From Octopus sinensis (taxonomy: Eukaryota): a stretch of DNA of 64,000 nt. Below, in pieces: positions 12,725 to 25,080 of this stretch; position 1 is the first letter of the stretch, and every line of letters begins with the position of its first letter. The position numbers were made by a program, and so were the translations under genes. The stretch spans positions 113,088,001 to 113,152,000 of the forward strand of contig NC_043002.1 of NCBI RefSeq assembly GCF_006345805.1, in the 5' to 3' direction. The notes below the pieces were generated by a model that saw only the letters and a program-made list of their open reading frames with translations, ran no database searches and was not told the origin of the DNA.

Positions 12725-12935
12725 TTAATTCTAGTTTCATACATTTGACTTGAAGCTTAACAAGAATATCTTTTTCTAGAGGTAAAAAAAATGAAAAAGA
12801 TATGTAGCTGCTACACAATAATAGAAATATTGCTTCCTCTTGATTAGTTTAATAAAAAGCTAACAAAACTTAAATTTTACCTTTAGACAGCACCTGAGAT
12901 AGAGAAAGTAGAGAGTATAAAAAACTATTGCTTAC

Positions 12936-13063
12936 TGAATCAATAAGAGCAGATGCACGAGGCGTTGGTCTTCCGCTCCTATAACGGTTGAATATCAACT
13001 TGAGAGTGTAGGTAACTCCTTTCTCAAGACATGATGGTGGCCGGACAATGGTATAGTGTGAAT
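12936..13063 (-). CDS. LAMB1: Laminin beta chain exon (domain IV), phase 1->0
   Basis: DSHYTIVRPPSCLEKGVTYTLKLIFNRYRSGRPTPRASALIDS; ttttacag / gtaagc; CLEKG..Y and LIDS motifs are typical of beta chains. Confidence 0.95.
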
Positions 13064-14307
13064 CTGTAAAAATAGATAACATTTTATTTCAAGTTCTGCA
13101 CACAAAACAGTAGAAGTAACAAATGTAAAATAGCACAGTACTGGAGACATTGCATGTCTTATTATATTTTGATTAGTATTAAGTTAATATTAATTTTAAT
13201 TGACATTTAATTGATATTAATTGTTGTTCCTACTGAGGTTATTTTTGGGGAGTGGGGGTTGTTACTGAGACTACAATCTAACTTTCATTGCATTCGAATA
13301 TATCAACATCCGAATTGATTTAGCACTGGAGACATTAAAATACAAGCTAATACCCGAGTACATTATTTACATTATTTCAACTGGAATCTTAACTGAGAAA
13401 TTATGACCCTCCACACACATACATGAAACTGGCATTTATAAAAGAGTATTTATGTTTAGCCCCTTAACATTAAAGCCAGCCATATCCAGCCCAAATACTC
13501 TGTTTTATGTTGAAACCAACCAGGTCAAGCTTCTCATACCTACCCTACAATGCCATTCTAAAAATAAACAATCACATCATCAAAGTCTCAAAGCTATGAG
13601 ATAATGCAAGATTGATTCTAAACGATGTGAATAAATAAGCATTACATTTGACAAAGGAAACTGAATGCTAAAGGGTTAAATATCCAAAAGTTTTTAACCT
13701 TCAGAATAATTTTATGAAGCGTTAAATGGCAAAAAAAATGGTTGCATGAAAGCATATTTCAAACTGGCAAAAAACAAAGTATATTAGTCTTCTTTTTCAC
13801 GGGAAATTTTTACACTTATTTTCTTTTAATTAAGTATAAAAACTATAATTCTTAGTCTCTCACATGATAAAATTTACAATCTCATTAATGCTAAGTGCCA
13901 TAAAATATTCACTTTCCTTTGTACTAGGCATGAGCATGAATTTATTTGAGATTTCCACATCGCTGTCATCACACAAAAATAGAAATGGAGAAAAACTGAT
14001 GTATTTTTTGATATCCAGAGCTACTCAGAGTATAACTTTCTTCTGTGCTAACTAGGACATCATTATCATCATCATCTGCCTCATCTGATGATGATTGAAA
14101 GTCAGAAAACACTTCATTGTTGTATAAAACTTCCATCTGCAACTTGTGTCTCCTATCAATAAGGATTGCTTACATTTTAGGCACATTTGACTAAGTAGAC
14201 ACTTGGACATCAGTAGATGATAGCCATATCCATATAAAGTTTTCAAGACATAAATTGATGCTTGCTGTCCTCTGATGAGATATCAATTAGTGGTGGACAT
14301 CATTTAA

Positions 14308-14528
14308 CCCTTTAGTGTTTAAACCAGCCATATCTGGCACAAAATATTCTACATATTTTATATTTGAACAAGCCATATCCAACCTCTCACACCTAACCTA
14401 CATTGACATTCTAAAAATAAACATTCACATCATTGAAACCTCAAAGCTATAAGATAATGCATGATTAATTCAAAACAATTTGAGTGAATGAGTATAACAT
14501 TTAACAGAGTAATCTGAACACTAAAGGG
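14308..14528. mobile_element. piggyBac-like MITE, second family
   Basis: ttaa|ccctttagtg ... cactaaaggg|ttaa. Confidence 0.75.
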
Positions 14529-15130
14529 TTAAGGGCTAATAGTGATGTGAACTGAACTTTTCCCAATTTAATTTGTTTGGTTAACTTTTACTTGAATTGA
14601 ATCAATTTTCAAAATATAGTCAAGGAAATAATTATTGATAATCAAAATTTCAAAAACTGTCCAAGCAATAAATAAAATGTTTCCATACACCACACAAATT
14701 CCATATATTCAATATTAAACAGTACAAGGTTAGATACTACAATTATATAAAGTAGATGCATCATGCACATCTGTAACTACAAACAAATATACATCTCATC
14801 TGCATGAGACCATTGTCCTGAAATATTAGGATCTTGAAAGCATCCAGTCTAATGTAACTAAAAAAAAAATCCACATTAATCTGGCTACAGAAAATTTCAA
14901 AAGAAAAATTTCAGAAATATCAAAATACTCTAGTTGAAGATGCTTCAAATTGTTAATACCACCAAATTGTTAATACCACAATTTCAGTAAATTTACATGA
15001 CAAACTTGAGTCATTTGAACACTGAAGTTACTGAGAGCTGTCACACAACTTCAAAACTAATGAAATATAAAACAATTAACATTTTAAAAATAGTTATAAG
15101 AAATAAAAACAGAGAAATAAGAGACTCTAC

Positions 15131-15251
15131 CTGGAGCCAATGTTGTTGACTTGTAGTCATTTTGGGGGTGGGTATTGGCACAAGGACCCGATTGATTTAC
15201 TGGCCCAGGTCGGTCAATCACGACACGGATATCCTCCCACATCTCTGGCAT
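15131..15251 (-). CDS. LAMB1: Laminin beta chain exon (domain IV), phase 0->1
   Basis: MPEMWEDIRVVIDRPGPVNQSGPCANTHPQNDYKSTTLAP; ttctgacag / gtagag; 121 nt. Confidence 0.93.
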
Positions 15252-15752
15252 CTGTCAGAAGAAACAAAAAAGTTACAATGGGAAAAACAAAAACAATTTT
15301 CCTTTTCTTATATTCTAACACAAGTTGAAATGGTTCTCTAAGTCAAAGACAATGAATATTCTCCTCCACTTCATGATCCTTAATACTATCATAACTTTTG
15401 AGAAAATGAATTTCTTTCTAGCTCAGTAAGAATTTCATAATCTAAGGAAATCCAGAGAACCGATATACTAGAACCAACAACTAAATCTGCCATTGCTTCT
15501 TTTTCCATATATCAATGTACATTAATAAATGTGATTTCATCACTACCCCGATAACCCAAAATTGTTTAGGACTACAGTTGCTCCTTCTCCAAATTACGTA
15601 CAACCGTTTCTATACCTATCCATTATTTCAATAACTTCCACAGTAATACAAGTCCATTAGAACATATATACATTAACCCCTCTTGTTCTGTGAACCAACC
15701 ACCACTACCAATTTTGGTACATGTATTGTGATAAGATAAGCAATTAACATAC

Positions 15753-15911
15753 CAATGGGCTGTATCGAACGACAATATCATAGTCCATGGAAGCAGTCAA
15801 ATTGGTGATAGTAAAGTCAATGGTATCACCTTCCAAGACTTTCATAAAACCCGATCCAGTGAAGCTGATGGGTTGATCGGGATCTGGTTCCCTAATCACA
15901 ACATGAGCATT
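15753..15911 (-). CDS. LAMB1: Laminin beta chain exon (domain IV), phase 0->0
   Basis: NAHVVIREPDPDQPISFTGSGFMKVLEGDTIDFTITNLTASMDYDIVVRYSPL; tttttcag / gtatgt; resembles beta-chain domain IV (TG.GF..V.EG....F.I.N...SM.YDI..RY.P). Confidence 0.95.
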
Positions 15912-16078
15912 CTGAAAAATCAATCAATAATATAAATAATTAATTATTTAGCAAAAAAATATGTAATAAAACTGAAAAAAAAAGAACTATCATCATTTAA
16001 AGCTTTCCATTTAATTTTTACATCAAAAATGATTTAAACCCAAACAGTTAAAATGAACAAAAATAAATAAAGTCTTAC

Positions 16079-16294
16079 CCCTAAACCATGGCTAAATTCA
16101 GCTTCAAACCGCAAAATATCAAGGGACGGAGTGAAGTAAAGAGGCACCGGTCGATCACACTTCCTGCCGTAGATGTTAGGACGACATTTGCACTGACCGG
16201 TTGATTGGTCACAAGTCTCACTATAGGCACCGCCAATATCACAATCACATGGTTTGCATCCATTTATATCGTTGCTTAAGCCCCAGTATCCAGG
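16079..16294 (-). CDS. LAMB1: Laminin beta chain exon (LE4/LE5 into domain IV), phase 0->0
   Basis: PGYWGLSNDINGCKPCDCDIGGAYSETCDQSTGQCKCRPNIYGRKCDRPVPLYFTPSLDILRFEAEFSHGLG; ttgcag / gtaaga; 216 nt. Confidence 0.97.
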
Positions 16295-16539
16295 CTGCAA
16301 TAAGAGATGGAAAATTAATTCACAACAGCTTAGCATTTGTCATTATTTTCTAATTTCACAAATACATAAATGAGTCAGTGATGGTAAACTCATTATGTAT
16401 GTATAAAGAAGGGAAGAATAACAATCTGGTGAGTGAAACAAAATTTGTTAAGTCAAAATTTTACTTATAACGAAAAGAAACAGAATTAATAATACTTTCT
16501 GTCAAGAAAGACAACTCTGAAATCAAAATGACTGATACA

Positions 16540-16766
16540 TATTTCTTTACTACCCACAAGGGGCTAAACACAGACGGGACAAACAAGAACAGACAAACGG
16601 ATTAAGTAGATTACATCGACCCCAGTGCGTAACTGGTACTTAATTTATCGACCCCAAAAGGATGAAAGGCAAAGTTGACCTCGGCGGAATTTGAACTCAG
16701 AACGTAGCGGCAGACGAAATAGGGCTATGCATTTCGCCCGGCGTGCTAACGTTTCTGCCAGCTCGC
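16540..16766 (-). mobile_element. CORE-type tRNA-SINE with 11-bp TSD
   Basis: TSD tgactgataca at 16529-16539 and 16767-16777. Confidence 0.85.
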
Positions 16767-17039
16767 TGACTGATACAGTGAAGAGTAAGCTTAATCTTTG
16801 GTAAGTATAGAGACAACACCGTTCGTGTCTGGTTCGTATTAGACTTCCTTGCGAAACAGACAAATTTGTACTTACCAGACATCATGATAATCTAGGATCT
16901 TAGTAAAAAAAAACATTCAATGATTGAGCAATTTAAAATATAGATATGGGAATATCAGCAAAAGATGCCATCTACCAATTTACAAAGCCATTTTGCAGAT
17001 TACCTCAATGGAAAATGACAGGGATTTCAACAGACATAT

Positions 17040-18900
17040 TGGATAACAGTGGATTCCATAGTGTCGATGGCATCTATAGCTTTGGTGCTAGGAAGAAGAA
17101 TGGAACAAGGCTCTTGGAGTTCTGTGATACAAATGACCTGATCATCTGCAACACTAACTTCAGGAAACCAGCCAGTTACATGATCACCTATGAAACTGGT
17201 GGGCATGCAAACTGGATTGACTACATTCCCATAAGAAAACAGGATACATATTTATATACATATATACATACATATATATACATTTATACATACATATACA
17301 CACACACATATATATATATACATACACACACACACACACATATATATATACATATATACATACATATATATGCACATATATATATACATGCATATATATA
17401 TATATATATATATACATGCATATATATAAATACATATATACATACATATATATAAATACATATATACATATATATAAATACATATATACATACATATATA
17501 TAAATACATATACACATACATATATATAGGTGATGCTCTAGAGAGAAATAACTACAGGGGTATCAAACTGCTGGATCAGGTGATGAAGGTCACGGAGAGG
17601 GTCAGAGCCCATCTCATTAGGGAGAGATCCTGCTCAGATGAGATGCAGTTCAGTTTTGAGCCAGGTAGAAGCACCACTGATGCCATATTCCTGGTTCAAC
17701 AACTGTAGGAGGAATACCTAGTTAAAGATAAACCCCTATACTTAGCTTTTGTGGACTTGGAGAAAGCCTTTGACAGGGTCCCGCGATCTCTTATCTGGTG
17801 AGTGATGCGGAAACTGGAAATTGACGAGTGGTTAATAAGGGCTGTACAAGCCCTATACAGAGAGGCAGTTAGTAAGGTTAGGATTGGCAATGAGTATAGT
17901 GAAGAATTCTGGGTAGAAGTAGGGGTCCACCAAGGTTCAGCCCTCAGTCCCCTTTTATTCATCATAGCCCTCCAGGCAATAACAGAGTAATTCAAGACGG
18001 GTTGCCCCTGGGAGCTCCTCTATGCTGATGATCTGGCCCTCATATCAGAATCACTACCGGAACTAGAAAATGTACCCAGTGTAAGCTATGAACACATGTG
18101 TGGTGCAGCAACATCAAAGGAAGATTAACTGAGAAGATAGCTTTCATGTGTGGCAGATGCACAGGGGCAATAGACACCACAGATGCTCAGAAAACAGATT
18201 CTATCACATTCCAAGGGGAGAAACTAGAAGTAGTTGATAGCTTCCACTACCTAAGTGACCAAGTTAGTAGTGGGGGTGGATGCTACCACTAGAATAAGAA
18301 TAGCCTTGGCAAAGTTTAGGAAGCCTACTGGTGACAAAGAGTGAAAGGTAGATTGTACGATGCATGTGTGCAAACTGCCATGCTTCACGGTAGTGAAACA
18401 TGGGCCATGACTGCATGGATGGATGAGGAGAGATATGTGAAGAAGTACCACTCCCAAACAGTTGAAGGAATCTGGGTTAGAGGTAGACCCAGGAAGACAT
18501 GGGATGAGGTGGTCAAGCATGACCTTCGAACGTTGGGCATCACAGAGGCAATGACGAAAGACCGAGACCTCTGGAGATATGCTGTGATTGCAAAGACCCA
18601 ACAAATAAAGTGAGTCCACGGCATATCCTACGCCAGCTTCACATAAGCAGCAGGATGACCTGCTGTGCTTACCTTCGATTGTAGGGTGACCTGCAGTGAT
18701 TGAGGAGACCTTTGAGTCAAGTACATCAACATCCAACATAAAAATAAAGTGGAAATGGTTGGCGTTAGGAATGGCATGCAGCTGTAGAAACACTGCCAGA
18801 TCAGACTGGAGCCTGGTGCAGCCTCCTGGCTTCCCAGACCCAGGTCGAACCGTCCAGCTCATGCTAGCATGAAAAACGGATGTTAAACGATGATGATGAT
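17040..18900 (+). mobile_element. Internally deleted RTE-clade LINE (APE fragment, microsatellite, RT fragments, 3' end)
   Basis: [23 protein letters not shown]...IDYI (APE); after a (TA/CATA)n tract, NNYRGIKLLDQVMKVTE, QGSALSPLLF, LHGSETW, GRPRKTW; (GAT)n tail. Confidence 0.88.
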
Positions 18901-18969
18901 ATATAAACACACAGGCACATGTGAGTATCATGTAAACAGTTTCCATTAGTGATTATCAACAAAACTTAC

Positions 18970-19079
18970 GAAACATTGGTCACACTGCTGTCCTGTGACA
19001 TAACGTTTGCAGAGACAATTTCCTGTAGACTTGTCACAGCTGTTCCCAGGACTTGTACCAACAGCATTGCACACACAAG
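18970..19079 (-). CDS. LAMB1: Laminin beta chain exon (LE4), phase 1->0
   Basis: [37 protein letters not shown]; ttctatag / gtaagt; 110 nt. Confidence 0.96.
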
Positions 19080-19479
19080 CTATAGAATAAACAAATATGA
19101 CAATTTCAATAAACACACTTATACCACTGCATGCACAAACTCACACAAATACAGTACAGTGCAGATAATACACACATATACACAAGATAGAGAATACACA
19201 CACACATATAGTATAAGAAAGCCTAGCAACAGCAAGAAGAAAATCACAGTTCTAAATATCAAAGAATTCTAAATACTAATCATTAAACTTTTGACTACCA
19301 TGTTCTTGTTTCAATTATTTTTGAAAATAATGAAGGAATTTAGTAAAATAACTGTCATTATTAACCTGTTGTCAGGAACAGAAGTTAAGATGAAATTTTG
19401 ATGAAAAACCTTAATTTTGATCACTTAATTTAGAGCCTTGTATCATAGAACCAAGGGCAATCTCACGTAGGTTGTTTAA

Positions 19480-19701
19480 CCCTTTCGTTACAGTATTCAT
19501 TTTGAGATGCTCTGTTTATCTTTCATTTACTTTAAATACAACAAAGAATTTAGTAAAATAACTTAAGTTATCATTAAGCTAGTGTTAGGATCATAAATTG
19601 CGACTAAGGTTTGGAGGAAGATTTTAATTCAGAACTTATGAAAACAAGACATTTATACTACAGAGCCAGAGCCGGTTTTGGCCGGGTTGGTAGCAAAAGG
19701 G
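19480..19701. mobile_element. piggyBac-like MITE (opposite orientation to 2712-2931)
   Basis: ttaa|ccctttcgttac ... gtagcaaaaggg|ttaa. Confidence 0.8.
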
Positions 19702-19808
19702 TTAATCATTCTAATATTGCCTTTGATAGTTAAATGGTTGAGGAACTGGTCTTGGAATAGCTCTATTATATTAGTTCAAATCCTAACATATTCCTCGTTG
19801 CAACCTAT

Positions 19809-20216
19809 TACTCTTTTACTTGTTTTAGTCGTTTGACTGCGGCCATGCTGGAGCACCACCTTTTTTAGTCAAGCAAATCGACCCCGGGACTTATTCTTTG
19901 TAAGCCCAGTACTTATTCTATCGGTCTCTTTTGCCGAACCGCTAAGTGACGGAGACATAAACACACCAGCATTGGTTGTCAAGCAATGCTAGGGGGACAA
20001 ACACAGACACACAAACACATACACACACACATATATATACATATACATATATACGACAGGCTTCTTTCAGTTTCCGTCTACCAAATCCACTCACAAGGCT
20101 TTGGTCGGCCCGAGGCTATAGTAGAAGACACCTGCCCAAGATGCCGCGCAGTGGGACTGAACCCAAAACCATGTGGTTGGTTAGCAAGCTACTTACCACA
20201 CAGCCACTCCTGCGCC
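19809..20216 (-). mobile_element. ~410-bp tRNA-SINE copy
   Basis: Colinear with 2164-2580. Confidence 0.85.
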
Positions 20217-20366
20217 GTTTCCTTATTGTCTCGCTGATGCCAAGACGTATATTCTACTAAAAAATATTTCTTACAGCCACTGCAACTATTTGTAAACCTA
20301 CACAACCCCCGTGTTAATGAAGTCAGCATGAAATAGCAACAGTAATAAATAATCAAGACACTTTAC

Positions 20367-20546
20367 CTTCACACCCAAATGGGTTGTCTGTATTCAGATT
20401 CCAGAAACCATTAGCACACGTGTCACATCGATTTCCTGCCACATGGCGCTTACAATCACATTTACCAGCTTTGTAACGCCCATCAGAACTGGTGTAACCA
20501 TGACACTCACCACCTTTTTCAGATCCAGATGGATCACAATCACACT
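20367..20546 (-). CDS. LAMB1: Laminin beta chain exon (LE3), phase 1->1
   Basis: QCDCDPSGSEKGGECHGYTSSDGRYKAGKCDCKRHVAGNRCDTCANGFWNLNTDNPFGCE; ttttcag / gtaaag; 180 nt. Confidence 0.96.
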
Positions 20547-20630
20547 CTGAAAATTATGAAGAAAATGGATTTGTGTACAGTAATAGCTGTATTGCTGAGA
20601 CTATAAAAATGACAACACATAAATGTATAA

Positions 20631-21025
20631 TCTCTCTCTATATAAAGCTGAAGTTGTCTGTGTATGGCAGGTTTGGTAGCCTTCAACTAACACTATCTCC
20701 TCCGAGACCCTGCGGCGCAAGTTGACCAAAATTGAGAGTATAATAGAAGAAGGCTTGCTCTTCATTCCGTAGAAGAAAAAATTCAAATCAGACCATGTTA
20801 ACACCAAAAATTATTTACATCAAAAGGGTGCTTTTTTTTCTATGAAAATCCCTATTTTTTTACGATTTTTATGACTGCTGTGTTGCCATTTTTTGGTGTA
20901 TTTCAACCAGAAAAATGTTCACCTAAAGAGAATAACAAGCTACATAATGCAAAATTTTTACTTTTCAAAAATTCCAATTCTAAAGGTTCGAAACAAACCC
21001 GAGCAACGCCGGGCGATACTGCTAG
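20631..21025 (+). mobile_element. Non-autonomous Helitron
   Basis: A|TCtctctctatataaagc ... cccgagcaacgccgggcgatactgCTAG|T. Confidence 0.8.
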
Positions 21026-21038
21026 TATTATATGAATA

Positions 21039-21437
21039 CTAGCAGTATCGCCCGGTGTTGCTCGGGTTTGTAAGGGAAATAACTATATAAGCATTTTTAG
21101 AGAGTTATAGCCAAAAAATAGCAAAAAAATGCATTAAAAATGAAAAAAATATGGTGGTAAATTTTTTTTTAAATCGTTGACTCATCGTAGACATTTTTAG
21201 AGAGTTACTTCCCTTATATAATAGCGAAAAAAATTCACTAAAATGGAAAAAAATGGTAAATTTTTTTTTAAATCGTAGACTCATCGTAGACACGCGCTAA
21301 TACCCAGAAGGGCTCGATATGAATCACGACTATAAGATACCCGGTTTTGGTTAAACTGTACCGCAAAATGTGGGAGTAGTTAGGAATCTAAATCGTAGGA
21401 GACAGACAGCACACAACCTCACTTTTATATATAAAGA
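21039..21437 (-). mobile_element. Non-autonomous Helitron (same subfamily as 7372-7773)
   Basis: TC...CTAG ends in an AT target, same internal duplication as 7372-7773. Confidence 0.8.
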
Positions 21438-22989
21438 TTATACTGTGCAAAACTTAATTTTTAAAAAGTTTCCTTTCCACTGATAAATTGAGAATACTCT
21501 CAGTTTGAGATAACATTTAAACAGTATTCTGAGAGCACAGACTAGCAACCAGAACAATTCCTGTGCACTGTTTCCTCACTTATAATTATCATCCATGAGT
21601 AATGGACTACTACAAGAATATACACGATACCAATGTCCAATTCAAAGCAAGAGAAAATTTGGGCCTGCATAAATGATGGGGGAAAGAGGTAATATTTTAC
21701 ATAAACATTTAATGCATTTACAAAATAATGAATTCATTAACTACCAGCTGTTATTGCGAGCTGATGAAATAAGGTCAATGAAATGGTAATCACAAGTTGT
21801 GTCTTAAGTTCTTACAATCTTTCTAAGCTAAGTTTAGAAAAATTCTAAGTTACTTACAATCATCTACCAAATGCATAAGCACTGACTTTATGGATTAAGA
21901 CTAATGCTAACTTATAAATATTCCCTAAAGGAATATACTAAAACAGTGGTGATGGTCAGGACAATAGTAAGTTTTTGAGTGTTTTTTAAAGAGAAACTGT
22001 TATAGACCTCATTACATTAAGTTTGAATCACATCAGGGCTGAATGCGGTTCTGATCCTTCTGGAGAATCAATAAAATAGGCAAAATGGCAAGCCGAAATC
22101 TATCAGAGATGGCTTACATCAGCAAATGGCAAATAGCTAAAGTTCACAACAAAGTAAGTTTACTTATTTCATCCTGTGAATTGTTGTGGCTGAACTTAGA
22201 AATTAAATACTGTTTAAGTTCAGTGCTTTATGAATACAACAGTTACCCCAACTGTATTCTTCTTAATTGGGTGTATGTCTGTATGACTGGACACTTTTAG
22301 TAGTTAAGCACAGCTTTACCTCAGTTTTTTCCCAACCACTTCTTATGACCATACTGAGTGGGTAGCAGCAGACATAAAAACAAGTAGATACAATGCTAGA
22401 AAATGGGTGAGATTACCTGGTAGCTTACTATATTGAGAAGAAAGAAAGGGAAGTATCTATCATGGATGACATTTTCATAAAAATGTTTCAACCAATAAAT
22501 GCTCTGCCATAGAAAACACCAAAACCAAACATTGTAGTAGGCCCACTCATATGACTAATATACTGTTAACTTGTTTTAGCTTCAATTAGCTTAGAAGACT
22601 CAATGATAAGTGAGAAGAGAGGTTACAATACTAAATAAAAAGAAAAGACTCCAACTTCAGAAAACCCTAATTGTGAAATATAAAATCAAAATGAAAATCG
22701 TGACGCAGATCTAATGGAGCATAGTGATAGAAAGAGGGTTGAATGATTGAATAGAGCCCCTTTTCACAATACCTTATTTTGTACCTCATTATTTGAAATT
22801 CAATGTTCCATCAGGGCCAACTTTGTTCTTGCTTTAACCATTCAGCATTTAATCTGGCCACATCCAACCCAAATACTCTATCTGCTTTATGTTCAAACTG
22901 GCTAGATCCAGCCTCTTACACCTACCCAACAACCACATGATCGAAATCTTGAAGCTATGTGATAATTCGTGGTTAATTTAAAACAATTT

Positions 22990-23810
22990 CAGCTTTACAC
23001 ACTTAAGTTACTAACTACAAGTACCTTGGTGCATGGATGGAGAGTAAAAAGGACTTTGCTGTATGGAAGGCACTTGCTCGGAGTGTATGCCACAAACTGC
23101 ATAAAATCTCAAGTTCTAAGATGGCATGTAAACTGAAAAGTTAGTTTTGTTATATGGTGCTGAAAGCTGGACCCTCACCAAAAAGCTTGAAAAAAACTAA
23201 CAGTTGCCACACAAGAATGTTAAAAATGGTTCTGAATAGTACATGGCAAGCTCATTTGACCAACAAGCTGCTTTATCAATATCTACCCAAAGTGACTGAG
23301 AAGATTCAGCAGAAAAGAATGAGAATTGCTGGTCATTACACCTAGAAGAGCCTGTGTGTCAACTGGTCTTATGTCAATGAGTTGAAGGAAGAATTAACAG
23401 GGGAAGAAAATATCTAACTTATGTGGACATCTTGCTTCAGGACAGTGGAATGACAAATGCTGATGAATTAAGAAGATGCATGAGTGAACTGTGATGGAAG
23501 GCATGCTCGTGTAAAAAGCACCATCCGATCGTGGCCATTGCCAGCTTCATCTGGCCCCCGTGCCGGTGGCACATAAAAAGCACCATCCGATCGTGGCCGT
23601 TTGCCAGCCACGTCTGGCCCCCGTGCAGGTGGCACATAAAAAGCACCCACTACACTCTCGAAGTGGTTGGCGTTAGGAAGGGCATCCAGCTGTAGAAACA
23701 CTGCCAGATCAGACTGGAGCCTGGTGCAGCCTCCTGGCTTCCCAGACCCCAGTTGAACCGTCCAACCCATGCTAGCATGGAAAACGGACATTAAACGATG
23801 ATGATGATCT
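22990..23810 (+). mobile_element. RTE-clade LINE 3' fragment followed by tandem-unit 3' UTR, interrupting a MITE
   Basis: CHTRMLKMVLN.TWQAHLTNK.LY..LPKVTEKIQQKRMRIAGH; flanked by the two halves of the second MITE family. Confidence 0.7.
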
Positions 23811-24063
23811 GAGAGGACAACCAAACTAAACTAACTTGAAACAATATGAATAAATAAGCATTACATTTGACAGAGTAATCAGAATGCTAAGGGGTCAAAA
23901 GCAAAAATATTGAATCAGTTTATTTTCCAGCAATGTGATTGGAAGAGTGAACCCTTCTTCTTAATTAATCTTTAAACACAAGTGCTTCAAATAACTAACA
24001 AGATGTTACTTTTGAAAATAGGTTTCAGTTACAAGAGACAATGTAGAAAAATCCCATACATAC

Positions 24064-24252
24064 GTCGACAAACATCATAATCAGTGATTTCTCTGCTGGG
24101 GTCTTTGTAGAAAAATGGTTTGCAAAACTGGCAGTTACGGCCCATGGTATTGTGTGTACAGTTATCACAAACTCCTCCACTGACACGGCCAGTTAATTCA
24201 TAAACAGCAGGATCAAAGTGACATTTTGTTGCATGATTGTTACAATTACATT
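24064..24252 (-). CDS. LAMB1: Laminin beta chain exon (LE2), phase 1->1
   Basis: [63 protein letters not shown]; ttctgcag / gtatgt; 189 nt, frame continuous with neighbours. Confidence 0.97.
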
Positions 24253-24674
24253 CTGCAGAAGAATAAAAGGTATAGAAATACATCAAAATATGGCAGAGGT
24301 ACATGGCAAAAGCAAAACAACGGAAAACAATGCAACAAAGATCACTTAATAAAAATAGCAAATATATCAAAGAAATAATAAAATTCAAATATGAAGTCCC
24401 ACTGAGTCACTCAATCTGCTAGAAACATCAGCTAAATTTCCCTTAAATCTTTTCTATTAAAGGAGAATACATTTGACACTAGTCCCTGATATACAAAAAG
24501 ATGGAACATAAATTGCTTTGATTTTAAGATTGCCCTGCCAGGGCTAACCTGGGACTTACCAACAACTACTAATTATTGTATTGTACTTATCCTTTACTAA
24601 ATGTGCATTTTCAAATATTTCCAAAGTATCCCTATTTTCTCTTTAGTAGGAACCGTTTTTAGTTTCATGTTCTT

Positions 24675-25080
24675 ACTAGACTGGCCCGACTGGCTTCTGT
24701 GCCGGTGGCCTATAAAAAGCACCATCCAAACGTGGCCGATGCCAGCGCCGCCCTGACTGGCTTCTGTGCCGGTGGCACATAAAAAGCACCATCCGAACGT
24801 GGCCGTTGCCAGCGCTGCCTGGCTTCTGTGCCACTGGCACGTTAAAAGCACCAACCGATTGTGGCCGATGCCGGACCCCCCCCCCCTGACACCTGTGCAG
24901 GTGGCACGAAAAAAGCACCCACTACACCCGTGGAGTGGTTGGCGTTAGGAAGGGCATCCAGCCGTAGAAACTCTGCCAGATCAGTCTGGAGCAGCCCCTG
25001 GCTTCCCAGACCCCGGTTGAACCGTCCAACCCATGCTAGCGCGGAAAACGGACGTTAAACGACGATGATGATGATGATGA
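24675..25080 (+). mobile_element. RTE-LINE 3' UTR copy with tandem units
   Basis: As 6190-6630. Confidence 0.8.

Noticed and set aside
14262-14300. CTGATGAG motif
   Set aside because: No downstream GAAA or stems; a chance match.
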